From contig CAZONM010000001.1 of assembly GCA_964580865.1 (NCBI GenBank), forward strand, positions 2,825 to 66,824: DNA of 64,000 bases. Reading direction: 5' to 3'. The DNA is from an uncultured Myxococcales bacterium (lineage in GTDB: Bacteria; Myxococcota; UBA727; VGSZ01). A program made the translations under genes and the position numbers. Below the pieces are notes generated by a model, which had not been told where the DNA came from, did no database searches, and saw nothing but the letters and a program-made list of their open reading frames with translations. Every line of letters starts with the position of its first letter. Positions within the stretch are counted from its first letter, which is position 1. This document shows, piece by piece, positions 57,863-64,000 of the stretch.

Positions 57863-58639
57863 TCAGCGCGCGCTCGCGCTCGCGCACAGCTCGTCGCGCT
57901 GCGCCTGGCTCGGGTAGTTGATGAGCACGGCGCGGAACGGCCCCTTGAACACGAACAGGCTGCCGGCCGCGGCCCCCACCACACCGCACGTGGTGACGAG
58001 CGCGCGCAGATCGGCGAGCGACCCGGCGCCGCCGAGCACCGTGAGCGGGATGCGCACGGCCTCCCGCACCGCGCGCGCCAGCGTCAGGTCGTAGCCCTTC
58101 ATCAGACCGTCGTTGTCGATGGAGTTCACCACCAGCTCGCCAGCGCCGAGCGCTGCCATCTCCGCGGCCACGTCGACGGGCGCGCGCTTGGTGTTGCGGG
58201 TGCCGTTGTGCGTCCACACCTCGGCACCGCCCAGCAAGCGCTTCTTGACGTCGAGCACCACCACCACGCTCTGGCTGCCGATCTCCTCGGCGATCTGACG
58301 CACCAGCGCGGGCCGCTCGATGGCCGCGGAGCTGAGCGCCACCTTCTCGACGCCGAGCCCCACGATCTGGCGGGCGTGCGCCGCGGTCTTGACGCCGCCG
58401 CCGTAGCACAGCGGCATGCGGCACTCCATCGCCAGCGAGGTGATGAGCTTGAGGTTCGGCTCGGCCGCGCGCACGCTCGCGTCGATGTCGAGCACGATCA
58501 GCTCGTCGGCCTCCTTCTCGTTGAAGATCTTCACCGCGTTGATGGGATCGCCGACGTACTTCGGCTCCTTGAAGCGCTGGGTCTTCACCAGACCGCCGTC
58601 GTGGACCAGCAAGCACGGGATGACGCGAGGACGGAGCAT
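57863..58639 (-). CDS. HisF-like cyclase subunit (HisF2/WbuZ), second copy
   Basis: MLRPRVIPCLLVHDGGLVKTQRF...; ORF 57863..59710 with start at Met358 (58639); the upstream part of that ORF is an alternative frame of the hisH-like gene. Confidence 0.8.
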   Translation of the reverse strand: MLRPRVIPCLLVHDGGLVKTQRFKEPKYVGDPINAVKIFNEKEADELIVLDIDASVRAAEPNLKLITSLAMECRMPLCYGGGVKTAAHARQIVGLGVEKVALSSAAIERPALVRQIAEEIGSQSVVVVLDVKKRLLGGAEVWTHNGTRNTKRAPVDVAAEMAALGAGELVVNSIDNDGLMKGYDLTLARAVREAVRIPLTVLGGAGSLADLRALVTTCGVVGAAAGSLFVFKGPFRAVLINYPSQAQRDELCASASAR

Positions 58640-58644
58640 GCGCC

Positions 58645-59262
58645 TCAAAGCTCCGCGAAATTCTTGAGGAGCGCCGCACCGTAGTGGTGGCTCTTCTCGG
58701 GGTGAAACTGCACGCCGTAGACGTTGTCGGCGTGGACGGCGCAGGTGAACTCCCCACCGTAGGTGGCTGTGGCCGCCGTGTCGTCGGCGCGTTCGGCTTC
58801 GAAGAAGAATGAGTGCAAAAAGTAGAAACGCGCGTCGCGCTCGAGCCCGGCGAACAACCGCTCGCCGGCGCGCGGCGTGACGTCGTTCCAGCCCATGTGG
58901 GGCATGGGCAGCCGCGCCGCCGGCGGCCAGTCGCGAAAGCCGCGTACCCGCCCGGGGATCAGCTCCAGCCCCGCGCGCGTCCCCTCGTCGCTCGAGCGCG
59001 CCAACAGCTGCATGCCCACGCACACGCCGAGCAGCGGCACCTTGCGTGTGTGCACCAGCTCCACCAGCGTCGGCTTCATGCCCGAGGCCTCGAGGCGCTC
59101 GACGGCGTGGTCGAAGGCGCCGACGCCCGGCAGGATGACCTTGGTGGCGCCCGCGAGCTCGTCGGCGCTCCTCGCCACGGTGCACGGGAGGTTGAGTCGC
59201 CGATAGACGTTGGCGAACGCCAAGACATTGCCGAGCCCGTAGTCGATGATCGCGACCGTCAT
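58645..59262 (-). CDS. HisH-like glutamine amidotransferase (HisH2/WbuY), second copy
   Basis: MTVAIIDYGLGNVLAF...GVCVGMQLL...FHPEKS; 205 aa. Confidence 0.85.
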   Translation of the reverse strand: MTVAIIDYGLGNVLAFANVYRRLNLPCTVARSADELAGATKVILPGVGAFDHAVERLEASGMKPTLVELVHTRKVPLLGVCVGMQLLARSSDEGTRAGLELIPGRVRGFRDWPPAARLPMPHMGWNDVTPRAGERLFAGLERDARFYFLHSFFFEAERADDTAATATYGGEFTCAVHADNVYGVQFHPEKSHHYGAALLKNFAEL

Positions 59263-60557
59263 CGCGCACCCGCGCTACGCACGCTCGGCCGTCCGCCGTC
59301 GCGCGTGGGCTGGTCGAGCACGCTCGAGGCCGTACGCCCGAGCACGCGGCGGTACACATCGAGCACGCGCCGCGCGTTCGTGGCCGGGTCGTAGTTGCGG
59401 TGTGCCAGCGCGCGGGCCGCGGCGCCCATGCGCGCGACCTCGTCGCGCCGGTCGGCGAAGTAGCGAATGGCGTCGGCGAGCGCCGCGGGGTCGCGCGCCG
59501 GCACCGTGAGGCCGGTCTCACCTGGCACCAGCGTGTCGGGCCGCGGCGCCGACACGGCGGCGATGCACGGCACGCCCGAGAACGCGGCCTCGAAGATCGG
59601 GCGCCCGGGCGCGTCGAAGTGCGACGCGAAGCACAGCACGTCCATGCGCTGGTAGATGCGCTGGATGTCGGTGGTGGGACCGAGCAGGTGCACACGGTCG
59701 CGCAGGCCATAGCGCTCCACGCGCTCGCGCACCTCCTGTTGGACGTCCTGCAAGAGCCCGAGCTGCGCCAGCGCCCACGCGCGCGGCCCGCGCTCCCCGC
59801 GCGTGGCCCCGCCCACGATGAGGTACTCGACGTCGCGCCCCGACTCCTGCACCAGGCGGGCCGCGTCGATGAGCTCGAGGATGCCCTTGGAGCGGTGCAG
59901 GTTGCCGACGAAGCCGACCTTCAGGCTCTCGGGGCGCAGCAGCGACAGGCGGCGCTCCATGGCCAAATCGGGCGTGGCCACAACGGCGGCGAACGAGTTG
60001 TGGATGACGTCGACGTGGACGTCAGCAGGGAGCGTGGCGCGCACGTTCTCGTCGATGGCGATGACGGCGTCGACGTCGTGGCGCAGGCGCTCGGCGAGCC
60101 AGCGCGCGCGCCGAGAATGCGGCGCTACGCGGTTGAGCGCCCGCGCGTGCACCACCACGGGAACGCCGAGGAACCGCTTGGCCAGGAGCGCCGGGATGAT
60201 CTCGGTGTACTCGTTGACGTGGATGAGATCGAGGTCGGGCCAGCGGCGCCGCACCTCGCGCAGGGCGGTCAGTGTCGACGGGAGGTGTGAGAGCTCGCGC
60301 AACACTACCAACCACCGCGCCCCGCGATAGTGGCTGTAGTGGGTGTTGTCGAAGCGCGCGAGGCCACCCGTGACCACGATGTCGTCAGTGATCTTGCGGA
60401 ACACGTCGAGCGCCGTGCCGTCCACGGCGAGAAAGCACGGCGCGACCTCGCCCTCGGGCATGGCGCGCAACGACTCGAACAGGCTGCGCGCAGAGCCGCT
60501 GAAGGGCCCCACGCCGCACACGTACAGCACTCGCAGGGGCCTGGTGTCGCGCGCCAT
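59259..60557 (-). CDS. family-4 glycosyltransferase (GT-B, GT4)
   Basis: ORF 59259..60629, the likely start is Met25 (60557); EX7E-type C-terminal domain (FASHFDAPGRPIFEAAFSGVPCIA); ATGA-type overlap with the hisH-like start. Confidence 0.75.
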   Translation of the reverse strand: MARDTRPLRVLYVCGVGPFSGSARSLFESLRAMPEGEVAPCFLAVDGTALDVFRKITDDIVVTGGLARFDNTHYSHYRGARWLVVLRELSHLPSTLTALREVRRRWPDLDLIHVNEYTEIIPALLAKRFLGVPVVVHARALNRVAPHSRRARWLAERLRHDVDAVIAIDENVRATLPADVHVDVIHNSFAAVVATPDLAMERRLSLLRPESLKVGFVGNLHRSKGILELIDAARLVQESGRDVEYLIVGGATRGERGPRAWALAQLGLLQDVQQEVRERVERYGLRDRVHLLGPTTDIQRIYQRMDVLCFASHFDAPGRPIFEAAFSGVPCIAAVSAPRPDTLVPGETGLTVPARDPAALADAIRYFADRRDEVARMGAAARALAHRNYDPATNARRVLDVYRRVLGRTASSVLDQPTRDGGRPSVRSAGAR

Positions 60558-60645
60558 CCGTCCTCGCCCGTCGCGGCCGTCGCGCCAAGTCGGGCACGCA
60601 CGGATGCCGCGCCGACGCGCATTGTGCAAGGCGTGACGGCGTGGC

Positions 60646-62964
60646 TCATGGAACCAGGGCCGGCTCGCGCGGCACCATCAGCACCACGCGGTCCACGCGC
60701 AGGGCGCGTCGTGCGTCGGTGGGCCCGCGTGGCGCGAGGTACACCGTGGTGTCGTCGCTGAGCGCATGCACACCGGCGCTCACCTCGTGGTAGGCACCGT
60801 CGTCGCGAGGGGCGGACAGCAGGGTTGGCGCGCCAAACGCACGCAGCTCCTCGCCGAAGGTGGCGACGGCCACCACGGGCTCGGCCGCCGCGCACCCGTC
60901 GCAGCGCATACGCACGACCACCTCGGCGCGCGCCATGCCGTCCACGTCGAAGGGGCCGAGCGCGAACTGCACGGCCCAGACCCCCGCCGGTCCGCTCACG
61001 AGCACTGCGCGCCCGCCGATGGCCTCGGGATCGTTGGCCAGCACGGCGGAGCCGCCGGCGAGCTCCGCTCGCTCGACGCGCAGATCGCGCCACGAGCCGT
61101 GCGGCCGCGGTAGCGCCAGGGTCGGCACGGCGAGGCGCGCGAGGTCGCCATCGCCCACGAGCGCGCGGTGTAGCGCACGCTCGTCGAGCTCGAGGCGCTC
61201 ACGGACGAACGGGTTCCCCGAGGCGCGCGCGCGCTCGGCGTACGCGCGCGCCGAGAACGGGCGAGGCGCGCCGCCGGCCTCGATGACCGCGCGCCGCACC
61301 TCGAGCGGCGCCTGCGCCCACGCCATCTCGACGGCCAGGCGCTGCACCTGCACGCGGTCGCGCAGCGCGGGGTCGTCACCCACCGCGCCCTCGGCGTCGT
61401 CGAACGCGGCGAACGCCCGCCGGAACCACGCGGCGTCAGCCCACCCCGCGCGCCGCGCCGTCCAGCGCAGCGGGAGCGGCGCGGCCACGGCGGCCTCGGT
61501 GAGCAGGTCGACGTAGCGCGCCAGGTGCGGGCCCGCGGGGCCATAGACTGCGTGGAGGAACTCGCGCGTTAGCGCCGCCGGGTCGCGGTCGGGCCGCCAC
61601 AGGAGCTGTGCCGTCAGCCAGAGCTTGAGCTCGCGGAGCGCGACGCTCGCGTTGGTGAGATCGCCCTGCACGTGCACGCCCCCGACGCCGAGGTCGCGAT
61701 ACCAGCGCAGGTTGGGCGCCAGTACGTGGGTGGCGGGAAACGGCACGTGGAGGTTGCCGAAGCCCGCGTCGTAGTCCCACACGTGCATGCGCGGCGCAGC
61801 GGCGCGCCAGGCGAGGAGCTGCTCGCGCACCGCCGTGTTGGCCGGGGCGCTCAGCGGCCGCGCGAAGTCGGCGTCGATGGTGCTGAAGCGCAGCAGTACG
61901 TTGCTGCGTGCGCGCACCGTTCGCGGCGGCTCGGCATACGTGCGGTAGGCGAGCGTCTCGATGAGCACGCTGGGCCGCGCGCGCTCCACGGCAGCGGCCA
62001 CGTCGTTGACGAACGCCAACAGGACGTCCCCGTGGTTGCCGAGCGCGGCCGCGGCCGCGCGACAGCGCTCGCAGCCGCAAGGCGCGCCGCCGTCATTGGG
62101 CGACACCGAATAGTAGGCGGCGCCCGGGTTCGCGTCGATGACCGCGAGCAGCGCGCGCGTCAGCTCGGCCTTCAGGGCGTCGTTGGTGAGGCAGAGCTGG
62201 CCCTGCCCACTGCCCCCCACCCGCTGGCCATCGACCAGGCTGAACCACTCGGGGTGCGCCGCGAGGTGCTGGTGCGCTGGCACCAGCTCGTCGAAGGTGT
62301 GCACGTAGCCCGGCACCGTCAGGTGGCCGCCAAGCTCGTCGGGGATCGGGTGGTAGTGGCCGTTGAGCCGCAGGCGCGTGAGGAACGGCGCCGCGGCTTC
62401 CTCGGCGGCGCTGCGCTCGGTGACCTCGCGGTACCCAAACGGCGGCGTGTAGACGGCGGCTTGCTCGGCCACCACCGCCTCCGTGAGGCGCGGCACCACG
62501 CTCACGCTCGGCGTGTACCACCGCATGCCGAGCTGCTCGAGCAGATCGACGACGGCGTACAGGGTGCCACGGGGGCGATCACCGGCGACCACCAGGTCGC
62601 GACCCACGGTGAAAATCAACGTGCCGTCCGGGCCGAGCGCGCGCCACGCGCGCGCCGGGACGTGCCGTCGCGCCTCGCGCGTCGCGCCCACGAAGACGCG
62701 CGCGGTGGTGGTCCCCGCCGGCGCATGCTCCACGATGGGCACGCGGACGCCTGTCAGCCGGGCGATCCCGTCGTGGAGCTCGTGCGCGGCATGTCGCTCG
62801 GCCGTCGTTGCGTCGCGTCCTGCCACGATGACGGCGCGGGCGGTCCCGTCGGCGACCAAGGTCACGCCGGCGCGCGCCTCGTCGGCGACGCCGGCCACGG
62901 CGAGCGCCACCACGAGGAGCTCCCGCAGGACGCCGCGCGGGACCGCCGCCGCGCCGAGCTTCAC
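60646..62964 (-). CDS. large secreted DUF4838-like protein (putative glycoside-hydrolase-like / polysaccharide-processing enzyme)
   Basis: The listed 1047-aa ORF is extended artefactually over the kinase gene in another frame. A GTG start near 62964 (VKLGAAAVPRGVLRELLVVALAVAGVADEARA, signal-peptide-like) overlaps the kinase stop (GTGA). The region ADGTARAVIVAGRDATTAERHAAHEL...GTLYAVVDLLEQLGMRWY resembles the N-terminus of DUF4838/GH20-like proteins; about 772 aa. Confidence 0.5.
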   Translation of the reverse strand: MKLGAAAVPRGVLRELLVVALAVAGVADEARAGVTLVADGTARAVIVAGRDATTAERHAAHELHDGIARLTGVRVPIVEHAPAGTTTARVFVGATREARRHVPARAWRALGPDGTLIFTVGRDLVVAGDRPRGTLYAVVDLLEQLGMRWYTPSVSVVPRLTEAVVAEQAAVYTPPFGYREVTERSAAEEAAAPFLTRLRLNGHYHPIPDELGGHLTVPGYVHTFDELVPAHQHLAAHPEWFSLVDGQRVGGSGQGQLCLTNDALKAELTRALLAVIDANPGAAYYSVSPNDGGAPCGCERCRAAAAALGNHGDVLLAFVNDVAAAVERARPSVLIETLAYRTYAEPPRTVRARSNVLLRFSTIDADFARPLSAPANTAVREQLLAWRAAAPRMHVWDYDAGFGNLHVPFPATHVLAPNLRWYRDLGVGGVHVQGDLTNASVALRELKLWLTAQLLWRPDRDPAALTREFLHAVYGPAGPHLARYVDLLTEAAVAAPLPLRWTARRAGWADAAWFRRAFAAFDDAEGAVGDDPALRDRVQVQRLAVEMAWAQAPLEVRRAVIEAGGAPRPFSARAYAERARASGNPFVRERLELDERALHRALVGDGDLARLAVPTLALPRPHGSWRDLRVERAELAGGSAVLANDPEAIGGRAVLVSGPAGVWAVQFALGPFDVDGMARAEVVVRMRCDGCAAAEPVVAVATFGEELRAFGAPTLLSAPRDDGAYHEVSAGVHALSDDTTVYLAPRGPTDARRALRVDRVVLMVPREPALVP

Positions 62965-64000
62965 GTCACGAGCCCCAGCCGCCCGAGCGCCGCCACCAGG
63001 TCCGGCACGGTGAACGGCTTCGGCACGAACGCCGACGGTGGCTGATCGGCGAAGCGCCGCGCCAGCTCCTCCTCGGCCCAGCCCGAGCTCAAGATCACGA
63101 TCACCGACGGGTCGCGCCGTCGCAGCTCCAAGAAGGCGGCGTGGCCGTCCATGTGCGGCATGGTCACGTCCATCAGCACCCAGCGGATGACGTTGCGTTG
63201 TTGGTCGAACAGCTCCAGCGCGCGCTCGCCGCCGTCGGCCTCGAGCACGTCGAAGCCGAGGGAGCGCACCAGCATCGACAGGCTGCGGCGCACCGTGGCC
63301 TCGTCGTCGACCACCAGCACGGTGCCGCTGCCGCGCGCACCGGTGACCGCGCGCCGCGCGGCGGCGGGCGTGTGCGTGGCGGCGGCCGGCAGCGCGACCA
63401 GGAACGTGGTGCCGTGGCCGGGCGCGCTCGTCAGGTGCACGCCGCCCTGGTGGGCGCGCACGATGCCACGCAGCGCCGACAGCCCGAGCCCGCGGCCCGA
63501 GGCCTTGGTGGAGAAGAAGGGCTCGAAGATGCGCGCCTGTAGGTCGGGCGCCATGCCCACGCCGGTGTCGGTGACCTCGAGGCACACCACTGGGCCCGGC
63601 CGCAGCCCCTGGCCGAGGAAGTCGCGCCCGACGTCCTGGTCGGTGAGCGTGGTGGCGAACACGCGCACCGTCAACGATCCCGCGTGCGTCCCGATGGCCT
63701 CGCCGGCGTTGGTGACGAGGTTCAGGACCACCTGCTGGAGCTGCGCGGGGTCCGCCTCTACGGTGACGCGCTCGCCCTGCAGCGCGCACGACACCTGCAC
63801 CCCCGGCGGCAGCGAGATGCGCAACAGGTCCACCAGCTCGCGCACCAGCGCGGACACGTCGACGTGCTCCTTGGCGACCGTGCCGTGGCCGCCGTATGCC
63901 AACAGCTGACGCGTCAGGCTGGCCGCGCGGCTCACGGCGTGCTCCACGTGCGTGACGTGCTCGACGACGGCCGCGCAGCTCGCCTCGAGGTCGACGCTGC
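62961..64000 (-). CDS. hybrid sensor histidine kinase (HATPase_c + C-terminal receiver), 3' part; N-terminus outside the window
   Basis: HATPase N/G1/G2 boxes (VVLNLVTNAGEAI, DTGVGM, GRGLGLS) followed by REC (VLVVDDEATVRRSL...VLMDVTMPHMDG...KPF). Confidence 0.8.
   Translation of the reverse strand, partial: SVDLEASCAAVVEHVTHVEHAVSRAASLTRQLLAYGGHGTVAKEHVDVSALVRELVDLLRISLPPGVQVSCALQGERVTVEADPAQLQQVVLNLVTNAGEAIGTHAGSLTVRVFATTLTDQDVGRDFLGQGLRPGPVVCLEVTDTGVGMAPDLQARIFEPFFSTKASGRGLGLSALRGIVRAHQGGVHLTSAPGHGTTFLVALPAAATHTPAAARRAVTGARGSGTVLVVDDEATVRRSLSMLVRSLGFDVLEADGGERALELFDQQRNVIRWVLMDVTMPHMDGHAAFLELRRRDPSVIVILSSGWAEEELARRFADQPPSAFVPKPFTVPDLVAALGRLGLVT

Noticed and set aside
1-64000. CRISPR arrays, rRNA, tRNA
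   Set aside because: No spaced direct repeats of CRISPR type, no rRNA-like conserved stretches and no cloverleaf-like tRNA candidates were noticed in intergenic regions. An RNA-gene scan (tRNAscan/Infernal) was not possible here, so small RNAs cannot be excluded.

Overview
Very high-GC (~70-72%) bacterial chromosomal segment whose codon bias and gene content suggest a myxobacterial (Myxococcota-like) genome; about 55 supportable protein-coding genes, no rRNA, tRNA or CRISPR seen. The window holds five functional blocks.
(1) 0-2.3 kb: purE (3' end) and purK, then an SH3b protein.
(2) 2.4-15 kb, an ion-homeostasis and trehalose block: two NhaP-type Na+/H+ antiporters, otsA-otsB (OtsA carries an unusual N-terminal two-TM membrane/sensor extension), a divergent GH15 glucoamylase/trehalase-like gene, and a CaCA Na+/Ca2+ exchanger.
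(3) 15.6-31.6 kb, a complete respiratory nitrate reductase locus: a mono-haem lipoprotein cytochrome c, a dihaem NarC-like cytochrome c, narGHJI, a hemerythrin, narK1-narK2, then convergently moaA plus a large REC-GAF-GAF-wHTH-BTAD (SARP-like) regulator. The nar-associated regulator is the most unusual element.
(4) 31.7-63 kb, a Wzx/Wzy-type surface-polysaccharide locus. It encodes a WecA-like initiating transferase translationally coupled to an OM beta-barrel, a KpsD/Wza-like OPX, a Wzz-like PCP, and wbpB/wbpD/wbpE homologues for UDP-2,3-diacetamido-2,3-dideoxy-glucuronate. It also carries gmd/fcl (GDP-fucose), GT2 and GT4 glycosyltransferases, Wzx, a Wzy candidate, two separate WbpG/HisH/HisF sugar-amidotransferase sets and a DUF4838-like secreted protein.
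(5) Inside the polysaccharide locus, a ~6 kb lower-GC (~55-60%) island at ~43.3-49.6 kb lies next to a truncated IS66-family transposase remnant (41.7-43.3 kb), with a non-coding gap and paralogous GT-B-like orphan proteins nearby.
Also notable are a Fur-box-like operator near 15.6 kb and a 15-bp perfect palindrome in the otsA/GH15 divergent promoter. Most long antisense ORFs in the six-frame track are GC-driven artefacts.
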